This document shows positions 29,447-39,958 of a stretch of DNA of 64,000 nt, piece by piece. A model generated the notes under the pieces. It was not told the DNA's origin and did not search any database. It saw only the letters and a list, made by a program, of their open reading frames with translations. Position numbers and translations under genes: made by a program. Numbering within the stretch: the first letter of the stretch is position 1; each line of letters starts with the position of its first letter. This DNA comes from Nitrospira sp. (lineage in GTDB: Bacteria; Nitrospirota; Nitrospiria; Nitrospirales; Nitrospiraceae), in contig VOPR01000010.1 in the NCBI GenBank assembly GCA_009594995.1, positions 31,062 to 95,061 of the forward strand, given 5' to 3'.

Positions 29447-30788
29447 ATTGTTCGGGACAGACGGCGTTCGCGGGGTCGCGAACCTCGAACCAATGACCAG
29501 CGAGATTGCGATGCAACTGGGGCGTGCAGCCGCCCACATTTTCATGCGGCGGGCCGGTCGGCACCAGGTCGTCATTGGAAAAGACACGCGCCTGTCCGGG
29601 TACATGCTGGAATCGGCGTTGACCTCGGGGATCTGTTCGATGGGGGTCGATGTTCTGCTAGTCGGGCCCTTGCCGACTCCGGCGATCGCGTTCCTGACGC
29701 GAAGTTTGCGCGCGGATGCCGGTGTGGTCATTTCAGCGTCGCACAATCCCTACCAGGACAACGGGATCAAGTTTTTCTCCAACGAAGGATTCAAACTGCC
29801 CGATGAAGTTGAAGCGCGCATCGAACAATTAATTATTTCCGACGAGATCAAACACCTGCGGCCGACGGCGGACGCGATCGGCAAGGCCTATCGCATCGGC
29901 GATGCCGAAGGGCGCTATATCGAATTCGTCAAACGGTCGCTGCCCCGGGACCTTGATTTTCAAGGAATCAAGCTGGTGGTGGATTGCGCGAACGGCGCAG
30001 CGTACAAAGTGGCTCCGGCCGTCCTCCGGGAATTGGGCGCCGACATTGAAATCATTGCGAATACGCCGGATGGAATGAACATCAACGATCACTGTGGCGC
30101 TGTGCATCCGGAGCGGCTGCAGGAGGCGGTGCGTCGGCATGGCGCCCATATCGGTATCGCCTTGGATGGAGACGCGGATCGCGCGATCTTCGTCTGTGAG
30201 CAGGGTGAGATTATCGACGGGGACCATGTCATGGCCGCGCTGGGACTTGACCTGCACGGCCAAGGCCGGCTGGCTGCTCAGACGGTGGTGGGAACGGTCA
30301 TGAGCAACTTCGGATTGGAAATCGCCATGAAAAAGGCCGGCATTCAACTGATGCGGACTCCGGTAGGGGATCGCTATCTCATGGAGCGGATGCTGGCTGA
30401 CGGGTATAACTTCGGCGGAGAACAGTCCGGCCACTTCATTTTCCTGGATCATAACACCACGGGTGACGGGTTGATTTCGGCGCTGCAGATTCTCTCGCTC
30501 ATGAAACGCACTGGGAAGCCGCTTTCGGAACTCGCTAAAGCCATGACCGCCGTGCCGCAGATTCTGCTGAACGTGAAAGTGAAACATAAGCCGGACTTGA
30601 ATCAAATTCCGGATATTCAGCAGGCCATCAAGAGTGCCGAAGCCACTCTGAACGGGAGTGGCCGGGTGTTGGTGCGGTATTCCGGCACCGAGGCACTCTT
30701 GCGGATTATGGTCGAAGGCGAACGTGATTCCACTATCCGCGAGGTGGCCGATCACCTCGCAGATATCGTTCGTGCCCGCATCGGGTAG
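29439..30788 (+). CDS. glmM: Phosphoglucosamine mutase
   Basis: [33 protein letters not shown]. Confidence 0.98.
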   Translation: MRKLFGTDGVRGVANLEPMTSEIAMQLGRAAAHIFMRRAGRHQVVIGKDTRLSGYMLESALTSGICSMGVDVLLVGPLPTPAIAFLTRSLRADAGVVISASHNPYQDNGIKFFSNEGFKLPDEVEARIEQLIISDEIKHLRPTADAIGKAYRIGDAEGRYIEFVKRSLPRDLDFQGIKLVVDCANGAAYKVAPAVLRELGADIEIIANTPDGMNINDHCGAVHPERLQEAVRRHGAHIGIALDGDADRAIFVCEQGEIIDGDHVMAALGLDLHGQGRLAAQTVVGTVMSNFGLEIAMKKAGIQLMRTPVGDRYLMERMLADGYNFGGEQSGHFIFLDHNTTGDGLISALQILSLMKRTGKPLSELAKAMTAVPQILLNVKVKHKPDLNQIPDIQQAIKSAEATLNGSGRVLVRYSGTEALLRIMVEGERDSTIREVADHLADIVRARIG

Positions 30789-30814
30789 CACCGGTTCCTT
30801 ACCCGAGGCGACGG

Positions 30815-33346
30815 ATGCTGCCGTCTCTGACGATCACCTTCATTCTCGGACTTGCCCTCGGTTCGTATCTCATATTTTTCCCTCTCAGCATTGCGATCCT
30901 CCTTGCGGGCTTCACCGTCACCGGCGTGTTGGTGGAGCAGCGAGGCCTGCTCACGTCACGGCAGAGTAGCCTGCTCTTGGCCTGTCTCTTCGGTGGCTGT
31001 CTTTATTGGACAGTATTCGCGTGGTTCTCCTCTCATGCTCCAGTGCCGGACCATCCGGACGCTCTTCCGGCCGTCCTCGTCGGAACGATCGTTGAATCGG
31101 TTCATCACGCACCAGGCAGAGTGACAGCCTTGGTACAGGTGACGGCTAGCGACGATCCTGATGTGCCCACACCCTTCCACCTCCGTCTGACCTGGCGCGA
31201 CCCGGATGGCGATCTCCAGCGAGGGCAGCAGATCCGCGTCCGAGCCCGCGTGCACCCTCCATCCGGGACCATGAATCCGAAGGGCTTTGACTATGCGGCC
31301 TATCTGGATGCGCAAGGCGTGGATGCGGTGGGCTCCGTGTCCGGATCCCGAGCCATCGAGGTGCTTGGTGTCGGGCAAGGATTGTTGTCGTATCCTTTCT
31401 CATCACGGATCGAAACATGGCGTAGTCGGGTGCGCACTGCGGCCGAATCGGTACCAGAACCGGCCCGGGGTTTATTCCTAAGCCTGACAATCGGCGAGCA
31501 GGGTTTTCTTTCCCCGGAAGTCCGCGAGTGGTTCATGACGACCGGGACGGTGCATATCCTCTCCATTTCCGGATCGCATCTCGGTCTCATCGCGCTGCTG
31601 TCGTTTGCTCTGGTCCGACGGGCATGTCTTCTCCTCCCATCCATGATTCTCCTGGGTCTCTCGCGATGGCTGATACCGAGTAGATTGGCGGCTGTGGTGA
31701 CACTGGTGCCTGTCCTAGGGTACACCCTGCTGGCGGGAGCGGAGACGGCCACAATTCGTTCGGCCATCATGATTGTCGTCGGCCTCTGGACGATATGGCT
31801 CGGCGCACCCCATTATCTGATCCATGCCCTGGCGGCGGCAGCCGGATTGACCATCCTGGTGCATCCGTCCGCGCTGTATGACATTTCTTTTCAACTCTCC
31901 TACGTCTCAGTGTGGGTGCTGGCATTGGCTGTCCAGCGGGAGGCGCGCTCAGATGAATTGCCTCCGCCGTCCGCAAGTGTCGCCGGGAGGACCGTCTATT
32001 GGCTCCGGGAGTCCGTGCGGCTGACGGCCTGGGTTACGTTGGCAACCTTGCCGCTGGTGGCCTGCTATTTCAATCAAGTCTCCTGGATGGGGCTGTTCGC
32101 GAACCTGCTCGTGGTGCCCTTCGTTGGCTTCATCCTGCTGCCGATCAGTTTCCTGTCCGCGGTCTGGGTCATTGCCACGCAAAGCAGTACGCTTCCCGGT
32201 GCCGATTTGATTGCGGGGCTTGGCCAGGGTTTGATTGCCGCGACACAGTGGCTGGCTGATCTGCCTGGCGCGGAATGGTTTGTCGCCGCACCGACCGTTC
32301 CCACGATGGCGTTGTTCTACCTGTTGGGTTGGGCGATGCTGACCGGATGGCCTGCACAGGCCTCACCTCTGCTGAGGGGTGCGATGGCGGCGGGTATTGG
32401 GGGCATCGTCATCTGGTGGCTATGCTCTCCGCGCCTCTTTAGTTGGGAAGGGCAGGTGCGAGTGACGTTTCTCGATGTAGGGCAGGGAGACAGTGCCGTC
32501 ATCGAGTTGCCGCATGGGACGGTGCTGCTGATCGATGGCGGCGCGACCTATGAGCGGTTCGACATGGGACGAGGTGTGGTGGCGCCCTTTCTCTGGAATC
32601 GTGGTATTCGAAGGATCGACCATGTCATCGGGACGCATCCGCAATTGGATCATGTTGGCGGGCTGGCCTGGATCCTGGCACATTTTCAGGTTGAGAAATT
32701 CTGGACCAACGGCGTGACGCGGAACGAAGAGTTCTGGCGCAGGATTGAGCGGGCGCTGGCACACCGGCATCTCCAGGCAAGGGTGGCGGAGAAAGGGCGG
32801 CTGATGGTTGAAAACGCAGACTGTCGCATCGACGTGCTGAACCCACCGCCGCGGCGGGATCCGCCGACGTCAGGAAAACAGGCGTCGCTGAATAACTTGT
32901 CCGTGGTGAGTGAACTCATCTGTGGAGATCAACGGATGCTCTTCACCGGAGACATCGAGCGGGAGACTCTGGCGCGCCTCGTTCAATCGGGCCATCTCGT
33001 CCACCTCAACCTGCTGAAGGTTCCGCATCATGGGGCACAGAGTTCGCTGGAGCGTGAATGGCTGAATGCCGTCAGACCGGATGTGGCCGTGGTGTCTGCC
33101 GGCCGCCGCAACCCCTATGGTCATCCGGCCGGAGAGGTGTTGGCGGCATACGAGTCCGTGCAGTCGCAGATACGACGAACGGATCAGGACGGAGCCGTCT
33201 GGGCGGATCTTGACCTGGTTCGCCGGCATCTGTCCGTTCACAGCACGAGAGAATGGCAGCTTCAGCGGGCCCTCACGCCGTCGCCCGATTGGTCCATTGA
33301 GCAGGACAATGTGCAGCGTCTGTGGCGTCGCTGGAACTGGGAATAA
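30815..33346 (+). CDS. comEC: DNA uptake channel ComEC/Rec2
   Basis: NP.GFDY OB domain, HILSISGSH, SFQLSY, metallo-beta-lactamase motifs DVGQGD, THPQLDHVGG, KVPHHG, N.YGHP. Confidence 0.95.
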   Translation: MLPSLTITFILGLALGSYLIFFPLSIAILLAGFTVTGVLVEQRGLLTSRQSSLLLACLFGGCLYWTVFAWFSSHAPVPDHPDALPAVLVGTIVESVHHAPGRVTALVQVTASDDPDVPTPFHLRLTWRDPDGDLQRGQQIRVRARVHPPSGTMNPKGFDYAAYLDAQGVDAVGSVSGSRAIEVLGVGQGLLSYPFSSRIETWRSRVRTAAESVPEPARGLFLSLTIGEQGFLSPEVREWFMTTGTVHILSISGSHLGLIALLSFALVRRACLLLPSMILLGLSRWLIPSRLAAVVTLVPVLGYTLLAGAETATIRSAIMIVVGLWTIWLGAPHYLIHALAAAAGLTILVHPSALYDISFQLSYVSVWVLALAVQREARSDELPPPSASVAGRTVYWLRESVRLTAWVTLATLPLVACYFNQVSWMGLFANLLVVPFVGFILLPISFLSAVWVIATQSSTLPGADLIAGLGQGLIAATQWLADLPGAEWFVAAPTVPTMALFYLLGWAMLTGWPAQASPLLRGAMAAGIGGIVIWWLCSPRLFSWEGQVRVTFLDVGQGDSAVIELPHGTVLLIDGGATYERFDMGRGVVAPFLWNRGIRRIDHVIGTHPQLDHVGGLAWILAHFQVEKFWTNGVTRNEEFWRRIERALAHRHLQARVAEKGRLMVENADCRIDVLNPPPRRDPPTSGKQASLNNLSVVSELICGDQRMLFTGDIERETLARLVQSGHLVHLNLLKVPHHGAQSSLEREWLNAVRPDVAVVSAGRRNPYGHPAGEVLAAYESVQSQIRRTDQDGAVWADLDLVRRHLSVHSTREWQLQRALTPSPDWSIEQDNVQRLWRRWNWE

Positions 33347-33462
33347 CCTCGATGACGATCCCGTTCGGCTCTCTTCCTTCTGTGGCCTTGGCCGTTGGGA
33401 AGAAATTCCCCATCGCGTAATTGCGGAACTTGCCGAGTGCCCCATTTTTCACCACTCCACAC

Positions 33463-33554
33463 TGTCAAATTTGCCGACAGAGCGGAAAACCTCCGGCATA
33501 AGTCGGCAATATTGCGCGGGTGAGTTCGAGACGTGGTAAGGCATAGCTCATGCA
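33463..33554 (+). promoter_or_regulatory. Candidate enhancer box and sigma54 site
   Basis: TGTCAAATTTGCCGACA (33463-33479); AGGCATAGCTCATGCA with GG-N10-GC spacing (33539-33554). Confidence 0.45.
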
Positions 33555-33613
33555 CTTGTTCTAGCGGCATCCGGTGGTTTGTAATCTGATGATGGTCGGA
33601 AAAGGGCAGCAGG

Positions 33614-34798
33614 ATGATGGCGAATCGATTGTTGTTTCTGGCTCCAGCGCCCCCTTCAGATCGGCAAGGCGGCGGAGCATTGCGGATGTTGCATCTGCTC
33701 CGCTTTCTGGGGAGCCGATTCCAGGTAGACTTGATTGTGCCTGAGCTTGAAGGGTCGGAGGACGCGCGGCGATTGTTGAAGGATGTCTGCGCGGAGATGA
33801 CGTTTGTCACGCCGCAGCGGCCCGGGTTACTGGATCGAATCGGACACGTGAGCCCCTACGCGAAAGACCGGGCATTGGCTGGTGTCGTGCGCGAGCGGGT
33901 GGCGAGCGGTGCCTATGGCGCGATCCATGTGGAAAAGCTCTCGATGATCCCCTACGTGCCGGCACAGACGGCCGTGCCAGTGGTGCTGGACATTTGGTCC
34001 TATGGCCTGGCGAGCCCGTTGCGGATCCTCAGCAATGCCGGCGGGGTGGCCGGTGGGTCGAAGCAACTTGTCCGGCGGGTCAAGCTCGGTCTCTTTGACC
34101 GGTGGTGCTGGCCCATGGCCTATTGCGTGACGGTCGTGTCTGAGGAAGATCGGATCCGGTGCGAGGGTGCGCATCCTGGGCAACGTGTGTTAGTCGTGCC
34201 CAACGGCGTCGATTGCCAGACAATTCGTCCCAAGCCCGATCATGCGGTCACGTCACCTGTCTTGCTGTTCACTGGTGACATGGGCACTGAAGCCAATGTC
34301 GAGGCCGCCATGTTTCTCGCCACGGAGGTGTTTCCCGCCATCCGTCGGGAATTCCCCAAAGCGGAACTGCGGCTGGTGGGGAGAAATCCCGATCCACGGG
34401 TGGGGCGATTGGCCGGCCAGGGCATTATGGTTACCGGTGCCGTCCCGGACATGCAGGTTCATCTGCGCGCCGCGACGATCTATGTCGCACCGCATTTCAC
34501 CGGCTCCGGCACACGCACGAAACTTCTGGAAGCGATGGCGGCTGGATTGCCGATCATCACCACCTCCCTGGGAATCGAAGGCATGAAGGTGCAACCCGGC
34601 CGCGACCTGCTCGTGGCCGATCAGCCCACGGACATGATTGAATCGATTCAAACGCTGCTCGCGAGTCAACCGGATCGGGAGCGCTTTGCGCATGCAGCAC
34701 GCCACATGGCGGAGATCTGGTACGATTGGAGCCGTTGTCTCTGGCCGCTGGAGCCCCTCTATCAGAACCTGCTCGCGCCGAAGGCCGTTGCCTGTTGA
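33614..34798 (+). CDS. GT4 glycosyltransferase (TIGR03087-like)
   Basis: VVPNGVD, LFTGDM...N.EA..F...VFP.IR, G.RTKLLEAMAAGLP. Confidence 0.88.
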   Translation: MMANRLLFLAPAPPSDRQGGGALRMLHLLRFLGSRFQVDLIVPELEGSEDARRLLKDVCAEMTFVTPQRPGLLDRIGHVSPYAKDRALAGVVRERVASGAYGAIHVEKLSMIPYVPAQTAVPVVLDIWSYGLASPLRILSNAGGVAGGSKQLVRRVKLGLFDRWCWPMAYCVTVVSEEDRIRCEGAHPGQRVLVVPNGVDCQTIRPKPDHAVTSPVLLFTGDMGTEANVEAAMFLATEVFPAIRREFPKAELRLVGRNPDPRVGRLAGQGIMVTGAVPDMQVHLRAATIYVAPHFTGSGTRTKLLEAMAAGLPIITTSLGIEGMKVQPGRDLLVADQPTDMIESIQTLLASQPDRERFAHAARHMAEIWYDWSRCLWPLEPLYQNLLAPKAVAC

Positions 34799-34960
34799 TG
34801 GCCACCACCACATGCTGCATCTCGGAATGGATCACGCCAAGCCAGCGTGCTTCCCTTGGCAGAGGAATGTGTTGAGTTCTGGCGGCACTCCACGTAGAAT
34901 TTTTATCCAGTGCGAGTCGCACCAACGACGACAGTTCATGAAGACTGATCCCCTGGCACG

Positions 34961-36028
34961 ATGACCATGATTCCGCACTCCCGGCCCTCGCTGGGCCAAG
35001 AAGAGTTGCGCGCGGTGACCGACGTGCTTCGGTCGGGCCAGATCACCGGCGGCCCGGTCGTCGCGCAGTTTGAGCGGGGCATGGCCGCCTACATCGGGCT
35101 GCACGGCGGTGTGGCGGTAAGTTCCGGCACGGTCGCCCTGGAGCTGGCCCTGCGTGCTCTGGGAGTCGGACATGGCGACAACGTCATTTTGCCCAGTTAT
35201 GTCTGCCCAGCTCCATGGCTGGCGGTCCAGCGCGTCGGCGCACAAGCCAGAATCGTCGATATCAATCCGACCACCTACAATCTCGACCCGCAAAAAGTTC
35301 GCAAGGCCCGCACGGCTCGCACACGAGCCGTGATCGTCCCGCACATGTTCGGGCTCCCGGCTGACTTGACCAGCCTACAATCCCTGGGCATTCCCTTGAT
35401 CGAGGATTGCGCACAGACACTTGGCGCCACGGAACAGGGCCGTGCGGTTGGCACGGTCGGCCTCCTGACGGTCTGTTCCTTCTATGCCACCAAGCTGCTC
35501 TGTACAGGGGAGGGTGGCATGGTGTTGTCGAACGATGAGGCGTTGCTCGAACGGGTGCGGGCGCTTCGTGAATATGACCAGGCCCCGTCACTGAACGCGG
35601 CGGCAGGCAACTGCAAGATGACGGATCTGCAGGCGGCGATCGGCGTGGCGCAACTGAATCAGTTGGGAGAGTTTCTCGACAAGCGGTCGATGTTGGCCGC
35701 CATCTATCGCGACACGTTGCCGGCAGAGTTGTTCACACTCCCCGTTGTTCCGGCCGGTCGGACGCACGTGTATTATCGTTTTGTGGTGCGTCTACTGAAA
35801 GGCCTGCAGTCGCCCGATGAATTCACCGCCTATCTCTCACGCCTGGCTCATCGTGGGCTGCAATGCCGTAAACCCGTGTTTCGCCCCCTGCATCGGTATC
35901 TCGACCTGCCGGAGTATCCTGCCAGCGATGAGGCCGATGGTGCAGCCCTGTCTCTCCCGCTTCATCCTTCGCTGACGGAGGAGGAGGTCAGGCAGGCTGC
36001 GCACATGCTCCAGGAAGAACTTCACTAA
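34961..36028 (+). CDS. DegT/DnrJ/EryC1/StrS PLP-dependent sugar aminotransferase
   Basis: SSGT.AL, IEDCAQ, SFYATKLL.TGEGG, M.DLQAAIG..QL. Confidence 0.93.
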   Translation: MTMIPHSRPSLGQEELRAVTDVLRSGQITGGPVVAQFERGMAAYIGLHGGVAVSSGTVALELALRALGVGHGDNVILPSYVCPAPWLAVQRVGAQARIVDINPTTYNLDPQKVRKARTARTRAVIVPHMFGLPADLTSLQSLGIPLIEDCAQTLGATEQGRAVGTVGLLTVCSFYATKLLCTGEGGMVLSNDEALLERVRALREYDQAPSLNAAAGNCKMTDLQAAIGVAQLNQLGEFLDKRSMLAAIYRDTLPAELFTLPVVPAGRTHVYYRFVVRLLKGLQSPDEFTAYLSRLAHRGLQCRKPVFRPLHRYLDLPEYPASDEADGAALSLPLHPSLTEEEVRQAAHMLQEELH

Positions 36029-36158
36029 CACAGTCATTGCGCGCCGATGACATCCTGCCCTTGACCCGCGTCTGCGTGATCGGCATCATGGGCGCACGGT
36101 GCAGGCCGTGGTCGGACGGCGCCAATTCCTTCCCTATCTGAAACCGGAGACTATTTCT

Positions 36159-37190
36159 ATGGTGCCCACTGTTGAGTGGAAAGACGGAGCCGTTCGCCTG
36201 TTAGATCAAAGCCGACTTCCGACGCACGTCGAATTCGTGGAGTGCCGGGATTATCGCGCGGTGGCGCAGGCGATTCGTGAGTTGAAAGTGCGTGGCGCTC
36301 CCGCGATCGGCGTAACGGCCGCCATGGGAGTAGCCCTGGGTGCGCAGGCCGTGGCCGATACGGATTATGACACATTCGCCAACGAGGTCCGGAAGATTTG
36401 CGATCACCTGGCTGCGTCGCGCCCGACCGCTGTGAATCTGTTCTGGGCTCTTGCACGCATGAAGGACACACTCGCGGCGCTCAAGAACAAGACGATCGCG
36501 GAGATCAAAGCTGAGTTAGTCCGGGAATCACAAGCTATCCTCGAGGAAGACATTGCGCTCTGCAAGGCCATGGGCCGGCAAGGTGCGACTTTGATCCACA
36601 GCGGTCAGACGGTGCTGACTCATTGCAACGCCGGTGCGCTCGCGACAGCCGGTTATGGAACAGCGCTGGGCGTGATCCGGGCAGCCTGGGAGCAGGGAAA
36701 ACAGATTCGAGTGATTGCCGACGAAACCAGACCGGTCCTCCAGGGCGCGCGCCTCACGGCCTGGGAGCTCATGCAGGACAAGATTCCCGTCACGCTGATC
36801 ACCGACAATATGGCCGGCGCACTGATGCGGCAGGGCAAGATTCAACTCTGTGTCGTCGGCGCGGATAGGATTGCCGCCAACGGCGATGTGGCGAACAAGA
36901 TCGGCACCTACTCGGTGGCTGTGCTCGCGAGGGCGCACAACATTCCCTTCTATGTGGCCGCGCCGTATTCCACTATCGATCTGAACACAGCATCAGGGGC
37001 CGACATCCCCATCGAACAGCGAAACCCGTTGGAGGTCACCGCGATTCATGGCAGCCATCCGGTAGCTCCGGAGGGTGTCGAAGTGTTCAACCCTGCCTTC
37101 GATGTGACTCCGGCGGATCTCATCACCGGCATCATCACCGAACGGGGTGTGTTCAAGCCGGCGGATCTTGCCCGAGCCTTTCGGGCGTAG
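36159..37190 (+). CDS. mtnA: Methylthioribose-1-phosphate isomerase
   Basis: [60 protein letters not shown]. Confidence 0.97.
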   Translation: MVPTVEWKDGAVRLLDQSRLPTHVEFVECRDYRAVAQAIRELKVRGAPAIGVTAAMGVALGAQAVADTDYDTFANEVRKICDHLAASRPTAVNLFWALARMKDTLAALKNKTIAEIKAELVRESQAILEEDIALCKAMGRQGATLIHSGQTVLTHCNAGALATAGYGTALGVIRAAWEQGKQIRVIADETRPVLQGARLTAWELMQDKIPVTLITDNMAGALMRQGKIQLCVVGADRIAANGDVANKIGTYSVAVLARAHNIPFYVAAPYSTIDLNTASGADIPIEQRNPLEVTAIHGSHPVAPEGVEVFNPAFDVTPADLITGIITERGVFKPADLARAFRA

Positions 37191-37385
37191 CGGGTGTGCG
37201 CAATCGAGTGCCGCTTTCGCGGTAGGCAGATCGTTGAGGTGGCCGGTGGCAACCGGCCTTGAGCCGTCGACGAGTTTGACAGTCCTTTATCTTGCCAGCA
37301 CTTCCGCCGCTTCTTTATAATGCCGCGAGAGTATTCTGATCACCCCTGTTGCGATTTTTTCTTAGCTGAAGGAGCCTGACGATCC

Positions 37386-37805
37386 ATGAGTGAACGAACC
37401 CTTGCCATCATCAAGCCGGACGCCGTGAAGAAGAATGCCATCGGCGACATTATTAATCGATATGAGAAGGCGGGGTTGAAGCCGGTCGCCATGCGTCTGA
37501 TGCACCTGTCCAAAGCCACGGCACAAGGGTTTTACGCGGTTCACAAAGCGCGCCCGTTCTTCGACAGCCTCTGCACGTTCATGTCTTCGGGGCCCTGCGT
37601 GGTGTTGGTGCTCCAGGGTGACAACGCGGTGAAGAAGAACCGTGAGTTGATGGGAGCGACTGATCCCGCGAAGGCGGAGAACGGAACCATCCGCGCGGCC
37701 CATGGGGCAAACATCGAATTCAACGCCGTTCATGGTTCGGATGCGCCGGACACGGCGAAGTTCGAGATCGGATATTTCTTTCCCGAAATGGAGTTGGTCG
37801 GGTAG
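37386..37805 (+). CDS. ndk: Nucleoside diphosphate kinase
   Basis: ERTL.IIKPDAV, MGATDP, GTIR, NAVHGSD; candidate promoter TTGCCA-18-TATAAT at 37292-37321. Confidence 0.98.
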   Translation: MSERTLAIIKPDAVKKNAIGDIINRYEKAGLKPVAMRLMHLSKATAQGFYAVHKARPFFDSLCTFMSSGPCVVLVLQGDNAVKKNRELMGATDPAKAENGTIRAAHGANIEFNAVHGSDAPDTAKFEIGYFFPEMELVG

Positions 37806-37812
37806 GCGCACA

Positions 37813-39363
37813 TTGAGCGCAGACTTTCCCTACGTCATCGATCCTCGGCGGCCCCCTTCGGGCCGTCGAGCCGGTGCGTCTCTTTCCCTGCTGATCCTGC
37901 TCCTGGCACTCGCTGCCGGTTGCGCCGGATCACCGCCTGTCCCGGTTGCTCAGCCCATCGAAAATCCGACTATCGAGGCCGAGACACGCCTGTGGTATCA
38001 GGCTTCGACGGCCTTTTCTGACGGCCGGTATTCCGCGGCGATCCATCTCTATGAGCGCTATCTCACCACCTATCCCAAGTCCCGTCGCGCGAATGAAGCT
38101 CATTGGGAGCTGGGGCAGTCGTATGAGCAAATGGGCGAAGTGACGGGGGCGTTGAAAGAGTACCGTGCGTTGACCGGCCCTGAGGGGGCGCCGGTGTCCA
38201 CACAGAGCGCCTATGCTGAACGGGCGCAGCATCGAATCGAGGCCTTGCGCAATCAACCGGCATTGCCGGCCGGTGCGCGATCTGGCCACACCGCGCTGTA
38301 CGTCTCTTTCAGCAACCTGCCGCCGATGTCTCAGGTCGAGTCCTGGGTGCGGCAGCTCAGCGCGCAAGGCATCAGCGCCATCCTCATGGATGGGAGTTTG
38401 GAATCGTCATTCACGAGGCCGCCGGCTCCAACTGTTCCCCCCACCAGTAGTCCATTGCCGAACCTTCCGACGGGCGCGTTGTTTTCGACTTCCCGCGGGC
38501 CGGTGATGACGGACTGGTTCAGTGTGATGGTGCCGCAGGCGCATGAGCTGGGCATTTCGGTCTTTGCGGTGCTGGATCTGTTCCATGCGCCGATGACCGA
38601 TCATCGTCCGGAATCCAAAATGTTGCTGTATGATCCGACCAGGCGCAAGGTCCATCCCTGGACCCAGTTCGACCTGCTCGCGCCGACAGTCCAGCAGGAG
38701 ATGGCCCAGCTGTTAGGCGATCTGCTCAGGAGCGGTGTCGATGGAATGGTCTTTCGCACGCGGGCGGAGAATAGTTTCGCCTATGAGGTGAGTGACGGCG
38801 TGTTGCGCCAGTTTGAAACGCAGGTCCATCAGCCCTCGTCCGAGGTGGCGCAGGCCCTGCGTGATCGTATGACCGTTCGCCAGGATGCCGGCGCGATCGC
38901 TTCAGATAAGACGCTCTGGCGCTGGGTGGGTTGGAAGGCTCGCCAGGAACTTGAGACGTTGGCGCGGTTCAAAAAATATCTGCAGAAGGCGGTGCCACGC
39001 TTGCGGATGGTGCTGGAGATTCATCCGGAAGCCCTGTCGAATCCGACTTCCGCTCTGGTGAATTACGGCGAAGATGCCGCCGAAGCGCGTCGCCGTGGAT
39101 TCGACCTATTGCTGGGAGGCCCCTCCCGCGAGGCGTCTGATGTGCGGAACTTCGGCGGGTCGTTTAAGGGCTGGAGTCGGGATGTGATTCAGTCCGAGAA
39201 GGGTGAGCCCCAGACGCTCCCACAAGGATGGGTGCTACTCCGTACGCCGGCCGAACATGGAGGTGGCATGTTCACCGGGCTGGCTCAGCAGGCGGACGAA
39301 TTGCGTACGCCCGATATTCGCCACCTGGTGTTTGTGCCGGACGCGCCGGCAGCGATTCCTTGA
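37813..39363 (+). CDS. Lipoprotein with a TPR/BamD-like module and a PgaB C-terminal (GH153/GHL13)-like domain
   Basis: Likely TTG start; lipobox LAAGC; TPR helices (Y..YL..YPKS..A.EA.W.LG..YE); later DGMVF and LWRWVGWKAR recall PgaB-C. Confidence 0.6.
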   Translation: MSADFPYVIDPRRPPSGRRAGASLSLLILLLALAAGCAGSPPVPVAQPIENPTIEAETRLWYQASTAFSDGRYSAAIHLYERYLTTYPKSRRANEAHWELGQSYEQMGEVTGALKEYRALTGPEGAPVSTQSAYAERAQHRIEALRNQPALPAGARSGHTALYVSFSNLPPMSQVESWVRQLSAQGISAILMDGSLESSFTRPPAPTVPPTSSPLPNLPTGALFSTSRGPVMTDWFSVMVPQAHELGISVFAVLDLFHAPMTDHRPESKMLLYDPTRRKVHPWTQFDLLAPTVQQEMAQLLGDLLRSGVDGMVFRTRAENSFAYEVSDGVLRQFETQVHQPSSEVAQALRDRMTVRQDAGAIASDKTLWRWVGWKARQELETLARFKKYLQKAVPRLRMVLEIHPEALSNPTSALVNYGEDAAEARRRGFDLLLGGPSREASDVRNFGGSFKGWSRDVIQSEKGEPQTLPQGWVLLRTPAEHGGGMFTGLAQQADELRTPDIRHLVFVPDAPAAIP

Positions 39364-39458
39364 CAAAGATTTCGGCAGCTTTTACGATCGCGCCACTTGT
39401 GTGTGGATCGCGTTTTATTCACGTAGGCCGCGCCTGAGCGGCCGCCAAGAGGAGTGTC

Positions 39459-39845
39459 ATGATACCGTCCAATCTTCGTTACCACCAGGAACACGAATGG
39501 GTCCGCGCCGAAGGCCAGCAGGCGACGATCGGCATCAGCCATTTTGCCCAGGATGCGTTGGGTGATATCGTGTTTATTGATCTTCCTAAGGTGGGCGCCA
39601 AAGTCACCGCCGGTCAGCAGATCGGCGAGGTGGAGTCGACCAAAACCACGTCGACCATCTATACCCCGGTCAGTGGAACCATCACGAAGATCAATGCGGA
39701 CCTCAAAGATCACCCCGAGGCGGTGAACTCTGATCCCTATGGCAAGGGATGGATGGCAGTGATCGATCTCACCGCTGCCGGTGAAGTCGAGAAACTCATG
39801 ACGGCCGCTCAGTACGAAGAATTTTTAAGCAAACAAAAGCACTAG
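39459..39845 (+). CDS. gcvH: Glycine cleavage H protein/lipoyl carrier
   Basis: HEWV, GIS.FAQ.ALGDIV, VESTK (lipoyl Lys), N.DPYG.GW. Confidence 0.96.
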   Translation: MIPSNLRYHQEHEWVRAEGQQATIGISHFAQDALGDIVFIDLPKVGAKVTAGQQIGEVESTKTTSTIYTPVSGTITKINADLKDHPEAVNSDPYGKGWMAVIDLTAAGEVEKLMTAAQYEEFLSKQKH

Positions 39846-39958
39846 GCCGTTCGAGAGGCGTCGTTACGAAATAGGGTGAATGGAGCGAGTCGGCGTGTAG
39901 CCGGATCGCTCCAGCCTGTCGTACGCTGCCCTCAACGACCGACTCACGTCATCAATCT

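Noticed and set aside
33347-33460. TGGGAAG-containing segment suggestive of a cobalamin riboswitch
   Set aside because: The other core elements are missing and the downstream gene is unrelated.
39364-39458. Possible glycine riboswitch before gcvH
   Set aside because: The spacer is too short and lacks the aptamer motifs.
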